Virus record (IMG/VR): IMGVR_UViG_3300045988_155334
Source of the DNA: a virus
Lineage: Duplodnaviria; Heunggongvirae; Uroviricota; Caudoviricetes
Length of the DNA stretch: 64,000 nucleotides
Strand: one strand, 5' to 3'
Each line of letters begins with the position of its first letter. Position 1 is the stretch's first letter. The notes beneath the pieces were generated by a model. That model made no database searches, was not told where the DNA came from, and was given only the letters and a program-made list of their open reading frames with translations. A program made the translations under genes and the position numbers. Shown one piece after another: positions 10,738-19,798 of the stretch.

Positions 10738-11214
10738 TCATTTTGCGCGCTTTAGGCAGCCATCTTCAGGTGCCGCGTTGAAAAGCTCTGCGGCCTTACG
10801 TAGCGTAAATGTTGCGATTTTTTTTCCGTCTACGTATGCATCGAATGTTTTAACTTCCATATCAGGGGTATCTGACCAAAAACCATACCAGTAACTATCA
10901 CCCACAGAGGAACCGATAGAACTGATAGGATATTCATCATCACCAACTTTCAGCGTTATTTGTTCTTTTTTAGCATCAAATGACTCACCGCCAGGTTCTG
11001 TTTTCATGAGAGTGAGTAGTCGTGTTCCTACTTGATTGGGATCCGTATTATTAAATCCAACATCGCACTCAAATGTAAGCGTATAATTATCTTTGCTGGA
11101 AACAGCATAAGAACGAACACCATGAGTCTCGCCGGTTGACCATTTGCTTACATTTGCCATTGATGAAAACGGAGTAAGCAAAGCAAGAATTAGAAAATAT
11201 AGTTTAATGCGCAT
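10738..11214 (-). CDS. Secreted protein with N-terminal signal peptide (superimmunity-like locus)
   Basis: 158 aa; MRIKLYFLILALLTPFSSMA signal peptide. Confidence 0.5.
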   Translation of the reverse strand: MRIKLYFLILALLTPFSSMANVSKWSTGETHGVRSYAVSSKDNYTLTFECDVGFNNTDPNQVGTRLLTLMKTEPGGESFDAKKEQITLKVGDDEYPISSIGSSVGDSYWYGFWSDTPDMEVKTFDAYVDGKKIATFTLRKAAELFNAAPEDGCLKRAK

Positions 11215-11265
11215 TAATTTATCTCCTTTGGATATTAATATTTTAATTAGTTAACCACCATATAT

Positions 11266-11913
11266 TCACCATTCATAGGGTAAATTAAGCGCTTTTAAAC
11301 CTTGCTGGAAAGTATTAAGAGAGCCATTTTTTTGTTGTTCCATTTTTTCGCGTGCAGCTTTCTCATACTGCTCCATCCGTTGGTTATACTCTTGCAATTC
11401 CTCCGGGGAGAGGTTTCCCATTGGGGAGTTTGTACCCGGCCCCCTGGCCCGTTCTTCAAGCGTACCCTGAACGTTTTGATGGCGCATTCCCGGGGCGTTT
11501 CTGATTGAATCAATGCCATTTCTTCCAACGTCTTCTTTATTAACAGCATTGCTCGCCACCAGTACGCCCCAGCTAGGGATAGCAAAATCAGGAGCGGTTT
11601 CGCATGCCTTTACCATATAATCGAAAGAGCTTCGATTAATCTCGTTTGCGTCGGGATTTAATAGGCGAGAATATTGATATTTAGCATTTTCGTTGGTTGC
11701 GACTTTATACAGTTCTTGCTGCACCATCGCTTCAGAAAGTTTAAGGCGTTTCATATCTGACAGTAACTTCTTGCGCATGGATTCGTCTTGACTGACAGCA
11801 AAGCCGTAAACGTGCCCAAGGTATTTCGTATAATCGGTACAAATCTCCTTTACACTTGATGCTGCATTAACAGTCCCAGCCATAAATAATAACGGTAGTA
11901 ATAGTTTTCTCAT
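11266..11913 (-). CDS. Secreted protein with signal peptide that shares a motif with the Sit C-terminus (SimC-like)
   Basis: ORF 11266-11940; likely start ATG 11913 with GGTGAGG ribosome-binding site; MRKLLLPLLFMAGTVNA signal; GMRHQNVQGTLEERARGPGT matches Sit GMRREVVQGTLEERARGKGT. Confidence 0.5.
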   Translation of the reverse strand: MRKLLLPLLFMAGTVNAASSVKEICTDYTKYLGHVYGFAVSQDESMRKKLLSDMKRLKLSEAMVQQELYKVATNENAKYQYSRLLNPDANEINRSSFDYMVKACETAPDFAIPSWGVLVASNAVNKEDVGRNGIDSIRNAPGMRHQNVQGTLEERARGPGTNSPMGNLSPEELQEYNQRMEQYEKAAREKMEQQKNGSLNTFQQGLKALNLPYEW

Positions 11914-12009
11914 TATAACCTCACCTGCCTTATAACTCATTTAGGGTACATATTTTCGCCTTTAAAAAAAAGAGGTTATTAGATCCATTTGTGTGTTTAT
12001 TATACAATT

Positions 12010-12026
12010 AATGCTCTAATAAATTT
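12010..12026 (+). promoter_or_regulatory. C1 repressor operator (Op51-like) overlapping a promoter
   Basis: AATGCTCTAATAAATTT, 16/17 match to the P1 operator consensus ATTGCTCTAATAAATTT as recalled. Confidence 0.6.
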
Positions 12027-12204
12027 GTATTTTTAAGTCACGAATGCTATCTTTTCGCATCATATTGACCTTTTAATCGTTCAGGCTTATAGTTCCGCCG
12101 TCGTAGCAAATTCTGCGACCGGGTTTAGCAGCCTGAATGATTGTGCGGACAGCCGCAGATATCCGATATTGCGGTATTTTTGTGTCCGTAAAACCGCGTT
12201 ACGC

Positions 12205-12325
12205 CCAAATTATGGTGGGGCGTGATGGGGAGGCTTCGGCCTGCTGGTTTCACAATCGCCAGTCTGCTAACCCCGTCACGTCCTGCCACCTGTTTAGCAG
12301 CGGGTAGCAGGTTGTTAAACCTGAT
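12205..12325 (+). ncRNA. c4-like antisense immunity RNA region (approximate bounds)
   Basis: Non-coding, hairpin-rich stretch between the operator/promoter and icd; position matches P1 c4; exact ends not determinable here. Confidence 0.3.
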
Positions 12326-12340
12326 TGTGAGGCCGTAACT

Positions 12341-12562
12341 ATGGTTAATGCCAATCCTTGCGCACGCCAAGAATTCATCTGGCGTTTCTATTCCTGTAAA
12401 AAACACCACTATCACTTCGTTATCGCAGCAACTGAAGACGAAGCACGCTCTCAATTGCCTGATGGCCCCTGCATTTTTACTGCCCGTTTTTCAACTAACT
12501 CGCGCAATTCACTTAGTTACTGGAGCCTCCCCTTCTCTGCCGACGTTCAGGGGGGTTTATGA
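12341..12562 (+). CDS. icd: Icd-like cell-division inhibitor
   Basis: 73-aa ORF whose stop overlaps the ant start (ATGA), as in the P1 c4-icd-ant operon. Confidence 0.6.
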   Translation: MVNANPCARQEFIWRFYSCKKHHYHFVIAATEDEARSQLPDGPCIFTARFSTNSRNSLSYWSLPFSADVQGGL

Positions 12563-13596
12563 AAACACCTCTCGTCACCCGTAATGACATAGCCGAAGCG
12601 ATCGCCCTGCATACTGCCTGTATGCCGACACGGGAGATCCCCGGCGCAATTGCCAACTATTTCATGATAACCAGACGTTTTTATACCCGAACAGATAAGG
12701 CTGTGATCAACAAGCTACTGATAGCCGAGATCAGGGATTATTTGATTGAACAAGGACGTCTACGTTACGCAACAGTGGCAGCAGAAATGAGAAAGGAGGC
12801 ACATAGAATGACCGGTAATAATTTAAATGTTGAAAAACCAGCACCTGTTGCTTCAGCTACGCCAGCACCAGCCGTGAATATCATCCCCAACACCGGAGAC
12901 ACAATCGACAGCCTGACACTGTTAAAGATGGTCAATGAAGCGCGTAAGTTATGTGGGGAACCAGAGGTTCGGAACAACAAATTCATCGAAAAAATACTCG
13001 ATGAGCTTGATGGTGAGCACTACACAAAAAGTGTAGTGGAAAAAATGAACAAAACATCAATGCTTGTCATAACCATGACTTTCAAACAAGCCCTGCGAGT
13101 CGCCGCGCGCGAGTCAAAAGCGGTCCGCCGTTCGCTGATCGACAAACTGGAAGAATTACAGCAGGCAAACTCACCTACCCCATCGATCCCCCAGACATTA
13201 CCAGAAGCCCTACGCCTGGCTGCCGAGTTAGCAGAACAGAAAATGCAGTTGGAACAACAGCTGGTGGCCGCAGCCCCTAAAGTCGATTTTGCCGACCGGG
13301 TATCAGTGGCCAATGGAATCCTGATCGGGAACTTTGCAAAGGTCGTTGGACTTAAGCAAAACGCCCTTTTCTCATGGTTGCGCCAGAACGGCATTCTCAT
13401 GGCTTTTGGTGCGCGCAAAAACGTACCGCGCCAACAGTACATCAACGCCGGGTATTTCACGGTGAAAGAAGTGGTACTGGATGATGAAAATGGCTACCAG
13501 ATACGGCTGACGCCCCAATTAACGGGTAAAGGCCAGCAGTGGTTAACTCGCAAGCTACTTGATGCTGGTTTGTTAAAACCAGTAGCAATAGGTTAA
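12559..13596 (+). CDS. ant1: Antirepressor Ant (KilAC/ANT C-terminal domain)
   Basis: 345 aa; C-terminal ~125 aa paralogous to the KilA C-terminus (LPEALRLAAELAEQK...GKGQQWL...LLDAG). Confidence 0.75.
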   Translation: MKTPLVTRNDIAEAIALHTACMPTREIPGAIANYFMITRRFYTRTDKAVINKLLIAEIRDYLIEQGRLRYATVAAEMRKEAHRMTGNNLNVEKPAPVASATPAPAVNIIPNTGDTIDSLTLLKMVNEARKLCGEPEVRNNKFIEKILDELDGEHYTKSVVEKMNKTSMLVITMTFKQALRVAARESKAVRRSLIDKLEELQQANSPTPSIPQTLPEALRLAAELAEQKMQLEQQLVAAAPKVDFADRVSVANGILIGNFAKVVGLKQNALFSWLRQNGILMAFGARKNVPRQQYINAGYFTVKEVVLDDENGYQIRLTPQLTGKGQQWLTRKLLDAGLLKPVAIG

Positions 13597-13607
13597 CAAA
13601 AGAAAAA

Positions 13608-13635
13608 AACCTGCCAGCAAACTGGCAGGTTTCTG
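13608..13635 (+). terminator. Stem-loop terminator after ant
   Basis: aacctgccag-caaa-ctggcaggtt followed by a T-containing tract. Confidence 0.45.
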
Positions 13636-13674
13636 AGCAGATCGACCAACCCGATCTGGATCGAGTTAGAAAAA

Positions 13675-13691
13675 TTTGCTCTAATAAATTT
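13675..13691 (+). promoter_or_regulatory. C1 operator (Op53-like) overlapping the kilA-repL promoter
   Basis: TTTGCTCTAATAAATTT, 16/17 match; embedded TTGCTC as -35 with a -10-like TAAGTG 17 bp downstream. Confidence 0.6.
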
Positions 13692-13760
13692 CGTTTTCTA
13701 AGTGCAAAGAATCACCATTTCGAGCTGGTGATTGAAGGTTGATGCAAATTTGGAGAAAAA

Positions 13761-14561
13761 ATGCAACAAACATTCAATGCGGATATGAATATATCAAACC
13801 TTCATCAAAATGTCGATCCTTCAACCACTCTGCCTGTTATTTGTGGTGTTGAAATTACGACCGACCGCGCTGGCCGTTACAACCTTAATGCTCTACACAG
13901 AGCGAGCGGACTCGGTGCCCATAAAGCGCCAGCTCAATGGCTAAGAACGCTGTCAGCCAAACAGCTCATCGAAGAGCTTGAAAAAGAAACTATGCAGAAT
14001 TGCATAGTTTCGTTCGAAGGCCGTGGCGGCGGCACTTTTGCCCATGAATTGCTCGCTGTGGAGTACGCAGGCTGGATTTCTCCCGCATTTCGGCTGAAGG
14101 TAAACCAGACATTTATCGACTATCGAGCCGGAAGATTACAACCTGCTATTCCGCAGAGTCTCCCTGAAGCTCTCCGTTTGGCTGCCGACCTGGCAGAGCA
14201 AAAGCAACGGCTGGAGCAAAAAATGCTTATGGATGCACCTAAAGTCGAATTCGCCGAACGCGTTGCTACCGCCAGCGGGGTTCTAATCGGCAACTATGCC
14301 AAAGTGCTCGGCCTGGGCCAAAACTATCTCTTCACCTGGTTGCGTGATAACGGAATTCTGATCGCAACCGGTGAACGCAGGAACGTCCCCAAACAAGAAT
14401 ACATATCCCGTGGGTACTTCACCCTCAAAGAAACCGTGATCGATACAAGCAACGGAAGCAGGATTTCTTTCACGACTCGTATAACCGGCAAAGGTCAGCA
14501 GTGGCTAATGAAGCGATTGCTTGATGCTGGTGTGCTGGTACCTGTCGCAGCTACGCGCTAA
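13761..14561 (+). CDS. kilA: KilA (KilA-N plus KilAC domains)
   Basis: 266 aa; C-terminal domain paralogous to Ant; sits between operator and repL. Confidence 0.75.
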   Translation: MQQTFNADMNISNLHQNVDPSTTLPVICGVEITTDRAGRYNLNALHRASGLGAHKAPAQWLRTLSAKQLIEELEKETMQNCIVSFEGRGGGTFAHELLAVEYAGWISPAFRLKVNQTFIDYRAGRLQPAIPQSLPEALRLAADLAEQKQRLEQKMLMDAPKVEFAERVATASGVLIGNYAKVLGLGQNYLFTWLRDNGILIATGERRNVPKQEYISRGYFTLKETVIDTSNGSRISFTTRITGKGQQWLMKRLLDAGVLVPVAATR

Positions 14562-14590
14562 CAGACGTAGTAAGAACCACCAGCATTGTA

Positions 14591-15436
14591 ATGCTGGCTA
14601 AAGTCACTTTCCTGAGCTGTATAACGATGAGCGATTTTACTTTTTCTGGCTATGAATTAGCCTGCTTTGTAACACACTCCGGTCTATCCCGTAGCGCCGG
14701 GCATATCCTGTCGCAATGTGCAAATCTCGCGGCAACAACCAGTGAATACTTCATTCACAAGCCTCACCGCATGATCGCGGCAGAAACTGGTTATAGCCAA
14801 TCAACCGTCGTTCGCGCATTCCGTGAAGCTGTAAACAAAGGAATCCTGTCGGTAGAGATTGTTATCGGCGATCACCGTGAACGCCGCGCTAACCTGTACC
14901 GGTTTACACCATCCTTTTTAGCCTTTGCTCAACAAGCCAAAAATGCGCTGATTGAAAGCAAATTAAAGATCTCTTCAGCCGCAACCAAGGTTAAAGCTGT
15001 TCTCGCTAAGACATTGGCTTTATTTGATTTTTTATCCACACCCCCATGTCAAAATGATACCCCCTCCCCCTGTCAGGATGACGTGGCAATAAAGAATAAG
15101 AAGTCACAAGTTAAAAAAACAAAAAGATCAATTTCCGGCGGTGCCGGAACGACCAGACTCAAAAAATTGACTTCATGGATCGCTGAGGCAAAAGCAAAGG
15201 CTGACAATCTGCGGTTATCCAAAAAACGCGCTCAAAAACATGAGTTCAAGCAGAAAGTAGAGGCGGCAGCGCGGAAATATGCTTACCTGAAGAACAAGCG
15301 TTCTCCTGATATTGGCGGGGTATCAAACTTCGATAATCTGCCGCATTGCATGACGGTAAACGAAGCTCTTAATGCGGTTTTAGCCAAAAATAAAGATAAC
15401 GAACAATGGGGTATACCGGCAGGATTCAGAGGGTGA
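14591..15436 (+). CDS. repL: RepL-like lytic replication initiator
   Basis: 281 aa with helix-turn-helix-like segment; position and size match P1 RepL; the lytic origin is expected inside the gene. Confidence 0.55.
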   Translation: MLAKVTFLSCITMSDFTFSGYELACFVTHSGLSRSAGHILSQCANLAATTSEYFIHKPHRMIAAETGYSQSTVVRAFREAVNKGILSVEIVIGDHRERRANLYRFTPSFLAFAQQAKNALIESKLKISSAATKVKAVLAKTLALFDFLSTPPCQNDTPSPCQDDVAIKNKKSQVKKTKRSISGGAGTTRLKKLTSWIAEAKAKADNLRLSKKRAQKHEFKQKVEAAARKYAYLKNKRSPDIGGVSNFDNLPHCMTVNEALNAVLAKNKDNEQWGIPAGFRG

Positions 15437-15732
15437 TAGATTGCTCTAATCTGGAGTCACCTGGCGTTTTCAGTTTGAGGTCGGAGATGCAATCTGATTT
15501 TTTACAGTTAGCGATCGCTTTTGCAGGATATGTTTGTATTGGCTTCTGTGTATACATGATCAGCCGAAAAATGCTTGTCGATATCGACCGCAAAGAACGA
15601 GCAGAGGAGATCTTAGTATGGATTTTCTTTGGCGCGGTCTGGCCATTAGGGATCATGTTTGCTGCAACATTTCTTCTGATGTGGATATTCACCCTTCCAG
15701 GTGATTTCTATAGAAAAAAAGCCAGACATTGA
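15406..15732 (+). CDS. Small two-helix membrane protein (RlfA-like by position)
   Basis: ORF 15406-15732; probable start at an internal Met near 15487; two hydrophobic segments. Confidence 0.35.
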   Translation: MGYTGRIQRVIDCSNLESPGVFSLRSEMQSDFLQLAIAFAGYVCIGFCVYMISRKMLVDIDRKERAEEILVWIFFGAVWPLGIMFAATFLLMWIFTLPGDFYRKKARH

Positions 15733-15855
15733 TACAATCGTTGCGGGTGCTTGAGGCTATCTGCTTCAGGCATTACCCGAAAAGCAGATAGAAGAAAGCC
15801 CCAGATAACATTACGCGTCCTGCAAGACGCTTAACATTAATCTGAGGCCATATCT

Positions 15856-16062
15856 ATGCTTAGCATACGTAGATTAGCCTCTTACCGACCAAAAGGTCAA
15901 GGAGAAGCAGGCTATGAAGCAGCAAAAAGCGATGTTAATCGCTCTGATCGTCATCTGTTTAACCGTCATTGTGACGGCACTGGTAACGAGGAAAGACCTC
16001 TGCGAGGTACGAATCCGAACCGGCCAGACGGAGGTCACTGTCTTCACAGCCTACGAATCTGA
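15856..16062 (+). CDS. mok-like overlapping reading frame of the hok locus
   Basis: 68-aa ORF that starts upstream of and overlaps the hok-like ORF in another frame, the typical hok/mok arrangement. Confidence 0.35.
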   Translation: MLSIRRLASYRPKGQGEAGYEAAKSDVNRSDRHLFNRHCDGTGNEERPLRGTNPNRPDGGHCLHSLRI

Positions 16063-16069
16063 AAGGTAA
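15914..16069 (+). CDS. hok: Hok/Gef-family type I toxin (small membrane peptide)
   Basis: MKQQKAMLIALIVICLTVIVTALVTRKDLCEVRIRTGQTEVTVFTAYESER (51 aa), near-identical in pattern to Gef/HokC; ribosome-binding site AAGGAG upstream. Confidence 0.8.
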   Translation: MKQQKAMLIALIVICLTVIVTALVTRKDLCEVRIRTGQTEVTVFTAYESER

Positions 16070-16143
16070 GAGACCTGGCGGGGAGAGATCCCCGCCACTC
16101 TTCGTGTGTCAGGTATCCTCAATGCACCCTTTCCTCTCCAAAT

Positions 16144-16170
16144 AAAAAAGCTCCCGAAGGAGCTTTAAAA
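16144..16170. terminator. Bidirectional intrinsic terminator between the hok locus and the convergent tail operon
   Basis: aaaaag-agctcc-cgaa-ggagct-ttaaaa; T-run on the minus strand and A/T tract on the plus strand. Confidence 0.7.
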
Positions 16171-16185
16171 TACAAGGGATGACTC

Positions 16186-16695
16186 TTAATCCCACTCAAT
16201 CCAGTTGTAGACGATACGAAGTGACGGGCGCACAGCGGCAGTCACATCTTCGGTACTAAAGTCGATTGCATCACTGTAGATTTTGCAGTCCAACATTTCA
16301 ATTGTTGTAGCAGCTTTTGTCACAGCGTTAACCCCGGAAGATTTGGATTCAGGGGTAGCAGCCATCGTGATATCAACATAGTCCTTCGCCGCAATGCGAT
16401 CCTTAATGAACTGAAGAATATCGCCTTCGATAGTCTCCACGCACTGGACCTGGATTTCCCCAGAGTTTCGAATTGGTCCGTGCTGGTTGAACTTCACACC
16501 ATTCGGACCATAGTCCTCCACATCCTCGCGAGTCATTTCAGGGATTTGCGACGTACGAACAAGTACACTGATATCTTCATGGCCTGCAAAAGTGAGCTGG
16601 AATTCAGAAGATACCAGTCGTTCGCCTTTGGCCGCGTTGGCAGTATAGCGGCCCTTAATAAATTTACGGTTTCCCTTAGTGTTATTGTGCCCCAT
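16186..16695 (-). CDS. Tail/baseplate structural protein (BplB-like by position)
   Basis: 169-aa ORF, last gene of the capsid-sheath operon. Confidence 0.35.
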   Translation of the reverse strand: MGHNNTKGNRKFIKGRYTANAAKGERLVSSEFQLTFAGHEDISVLVRTSQIPEMTREDVEDYGPNGVKFNQHGPIRNSGEIQVQCVETIEGDILQFIKDRIAAKDYVDITMAATPESKSSGVNAVTKAATTIEMLDCKIYSDAIDFSTEDVTAAVRPSLRIVYNWIEWD

Positions 16696-16706
16696 ATAAA
16701 ATCCTT

Positions 16707-17288
16707 TTACTGGAACGCCCGAACAATATCGGAGCTGTTATATATCGAAGAACCGGTCAACTGGAGGTTGACGGTGTTTTTCAGGAAATGCCCATTGCTG
16801 TCCCTGGGCGCATCGAGATCGAAACTTATGTCCTGGATAGCGACATCAATGATGTTGATCCGGCGACCAATGTTTAGCGTCACACGCTCCGGGATTCGAC
16901 CACCAATACTGGCATCTTTAAGTTCCGGGCTAATCATCGCTGACAATGCGGCGATAGCTCCTGAAACCTCCGTGAATGGGTCAAACAAAGCGATGAAAGT
17001 TACTGGCAGCGTGAACGTCGGCGGTGTTCCCCCCTCCCAAACCATTAAGCTGTTCCAACGGGCCACCGACGTTGTTTCAGTACCAACCTGCGCAAAACCA
17101 CTGAAGGCACCAGCAACAGACCCCATGGACATACCGGTAAACGGCGCTTCCCAATTCTGGGCCATGTTCATTGCTGCCCCCTGGCTGATATATCCGGTAA
17201 CCTGGTACTGAGAGTTCGTTAAAGTAACTTTCAGAAATGGCGATACACCATCAGCCTGGCTGTAAACCCCATAAGGTATAGGTGCCAT
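16707..17288 (-). CDS. Phage structural protein (PmgG-like by position)
   Basis: 193-aa ORF in the capsid-sheath operon. Confidence 0.3.
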   Translation of the reverse strand: MAPIPYGVYSQADGVSPFLKVTLTNSQYQVTGYISQGAAMNMAQNWEAPFTGMSMGSVAGAFSGFAQVGTETTSVARWNSLMVWEGGTPPTFTLPVTFIALFDPFTEVSGAIAALSAMISPELKDASIGGRIPERVTLNIGRRINIIDVAIQDISFDLDAPRDSNGHFLKNTVNLQLTGSSIYNSSDIVRAFQ

Positions 17289-17323
17289 TCAAGTTAAAGG
17301 CCGGAGTTGTCCGGCCCCCTCCT

Positions 17324-18139
17324 TTAGCCAAGGCGCTTACGGCGCAGTTTCATTGACTTTTTGCGGGCAAGTTTTGCCGCGCCGGTCTGGGCTTTTCGAC
17401 GCGCTTTTTTCAGCGCCGATTTTTGAGCCGCAGTCAGACGTTTTTTACGCAGGCGTTTACGGATGAGTTTGATCTCACCGTTACGAACAACCTTCTTAAA
17501 TGCTTCAGTCAGCATTTCATCAGAAGTGCCAGCAACAACAAACGCCGCTTCCAGTTCGTCACGGTCGTCGCTATCTAAACCAGCGATAGAGGCACCAACA
17601 TCAGCAGCTGCGTCGTCGTCTTCATCGTCAGCCAGTGCTTCGATCAGGTCATCATCTACACCGCATGCTGCGAGGAAGTCAGCAACATTTGCCCATGCTT
17701 CGTTATAGGCATCGTCCTGTTCTTCTGTAACTTCGGAGTCGTCGTCATCAGAGATACCAGCGATAGCCTGAACGAAACCATCAAGGGAGTCGAAAGTCAG
17801 ATCACCGCTATCAGCCCAGGCGAAAACGGCGTCGGCCGCATCACTCAACGCATTCTGCATAGCACTTCGATTTGCAGCTTCCAGAATCATCTGGTGCGCC
17901 TGTTCGACGGTCCATTCTTTACCGTCTTTCCCTTCCAGGATTTGCTCAGGAGCCGGGGCAGATGGAACGTTATCGTTAGTCTGTGCCGCCGGTTCCGGAT
18001 TATTATTAATAACCGGATCTGTTGGCGGTTCGGCGCTTACTCGGGCAGACTCCATCAGCTGCACAGGATCAGAGTTCAAAGCGAAACGAGACAGTCCATT
18101 CCCCAAAAATGCCCCGGATTGAAAAAAGTTTTTGCTCAT
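17324..18139 (-). CDS. Acidic structural/assembly protein with a strongly basic C-terminal tail (gp21-like by position)
   Basis: 271 aa; Asp/Glu-rich middle, KR-rich C-terminus (LIRKRLRKKRL...RRKRLG). Confidence 0.35.
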   Translation of the reverse strand: MSKNFFQSGAFLGNGLSRFALNSDPVQLMESARVSAEPPTDPVINNNPEPAAQTNDNVPSAPAPEQILEGKDGKEWTVEQAHQMILEAANRSAMQNALSDAADAVFAWADSGDLTFDSLDGFVQAIAGISDDDDSEVTEEQDDAYNEAWANVADFLAACGVDDDLIEALADDEDDDAAADVGASIAGLDSDDRDELEAAFVVAGTSDEMLTEAFKKVVRNGEIKLIRKRLRKKRLTAAQKSALKKARRKAQTGAAKLARKKSMKLRRKRLG

Positions 18140-18148
18140 TGTATTCCC

Positions 18149-19738
18149 TTACTTAATAAGCAGCGGTACGCCCTGGATACGACGGGCTACGCCAGTCGGG
18201 CAGCAGGCCCAGACTACTTCCCATTTATCGAATTCCGCCTGCGTAACTTTCAGCACATACGGTTCTGTACCGTCAGCATCAGGATCACGAGGAGCCACCA
18301 GAGCGCCGGAGGCGACAAAGCGATCTAAAAGTTTGGTCATCCCTTTAGTCAGGCCAGCCGCAGTAATACCGTCCGGGCTATGCTTCATCTGGCGGGCTAA
18401 CTGGACAAAGAAACGGCTGATTGCATTCATCAGGGATGGGACGTGCTGGAAGTGCAGATAGTTATCCTGCGTGCAGCAAGTTAAAGCATCGTCGATGATC
18501 ATCTGGCCAGAGGTGCCAACAGATACTTTATTGAGACGGCCCTTGACCATTGCTTCTTCGTCCGGGGTATCTTCCGGATACAGCGGTTGAATTGACGCAC
18601 GAGCAATGACGGCACGTTCTTCACCAGCCGGTGAGTAATGCCAACCGCCGACATCAGAGTTTTTCTTGACGCCACGAGCTTTCGCCGCGTACGCCACGCC
18701 AGACAGACCAAAGACCACACGGGATTGGGTCCATTTGTCTTTGCAGGAGAACGGGTAGTGATAGACAGAACAGCTTACATAATCGGTACCAAGTAAACCG
18801 GTATCTTCAACAGCAGACAGCGCTTCCGTGTACGTCAATGTCGGTTTAACATCAAAGAAGCCATCAATCAGGCGATCAGAACAGATATTACCTAACGCAG
18901 TGATCGCCGCATTGTCATAGCAGCCCAGGCCAAGAACAGCGGTGTACATGTACGGGGCATTGTTCAGCACTTTCACCGCACGCAGGTACGCAGCAGTTGA
19001 GATTTTCGATTGATCACCGTTGGTACCACCGGTGAACGCCAACGATTTTTTGTTTGTTACTTTCGCTGTCGAAATCAGCTCTTCATTAACAACCGCGCGC
19101 AGATATTTAGAACGGGCTTCCAGAGCCGTAGGCAGATAACACAAGCGGCCCATGTCATCTTTCGCTTCTTCCGCCAAAGACACAGTGTGTGTCTCCAGGG
19201 TCGTTACCACACCGAGCGAAGTCGTCTGGGTCAGTTTTAAGAGGAAGCGTTCATTGCCCGCACTGTCCGCTGTTGCCGTTTCGATGGTTAACTCACGGGT
19301 AGGTGAAATACACGGATCACCATCATCAACGTAGATAGCAAAGGCTTCGCCGCTATCAAGTTCAATTTCAGAACCGTATGGCAACGCACTGTAAGCTGGT
19401 TCGCCTGATTCATCGAACATAATAATCGGGAATTTCGCATCATCCGGAACAGCACGAACAACATAACCAGACGTTTGCTGAATAGCTTCGTACACATGAC
19501 GAATTGGTTCGAACTGTGAGCCGGAAGATGGCTTCAGCGGTTCGCCGAGAACATCTTCGTAATTAGACTCATTAACAGCGAGAACAGTAAACGGCTTGCC
19601 ACGCGCAAATACGCCAATACCAGCCCACAAGCTGCTATTTAATGCAACACCGGTAGATAACGTCGCATCGGCATTGATCGGGCTAACCGCGACGCCGGAT
19701 GCATTACCTAATGACTGTTGAATTGAATATTGAGACAT
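18149..19738 (-). CDS. Tail sheath protein (gp22-like)
   Basis: 529-aa ORF directly downstream of the capsid gene; size and position match the P1 sheath gene. Confidence 0.55.
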   Translation of the reverse strand: MSQYSIQQSLGNASGVAVSPINADATLSTGVALNSSLWAGIGVFARGKPFTVLAVNESNYEDVLGEPLKPSSGSQFEPIRHVYEAIQQTSGYVVRAVPDDAKFPIIMFDESGEPAYSALPYGSEIELDSGEAFAIYVDDGDPCISPTRELTIETATADSAGNERFLLKLTQTTSLGVVTTLETHTVSLAEEAKDDMGRLCYLPTALEARSKYLRAVVNEELISTAKVTNKKSLAFTGGTNGDQSKISTAAYLRAVKVLNNAPYMYTAVLGLGCYDNAAITALGNICSDRLIDGFFDVKPTLTYTEALSAVEDTGLLGTDYVSCSVYHYPFSCKDKWTQSRVVFGLSGVAYAAKARGVKKNSDVGGWHYSPAGEERAVIARASIQPLYPEDTPDEEAMVKGRLNKVSVGTSGQMIIDDALTCCTQDNYLHFQHVPSLMNAISRFFVQLARQMKHSPDGITAAGLTKGMTKLLDRFVASGALVAPRDPDADGTEPYVLKVTQAEFDKWEVVWACCPTGVARRIQGVPLLIK

Positions 19739-19753
19739 AACTTTCCCTGTTAT

Positions 19754-19772
19754 GCGCCCCGCACGGGGGCGC
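19754..19772 (-). other. GC-rich intercistronic hairpin between capsid and sheath genes
   Basis: gcgcccc-gcac-gggggcgc; no U-tract, so likely attenuator or processing site. Confidence 0.35.
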
Positions 19773-19798
19773 TATGTTAAACGGAGAACTTCCCCTGA

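Noticed and set aside
12125-12454. Minus-strand 109-aa ORF overlapping the c4-like RNA and icd
   Set aside because: Antisense to the immunity operon, with no ribosome-binding site; the region is better explained by structured RNA and icd on the plus strand
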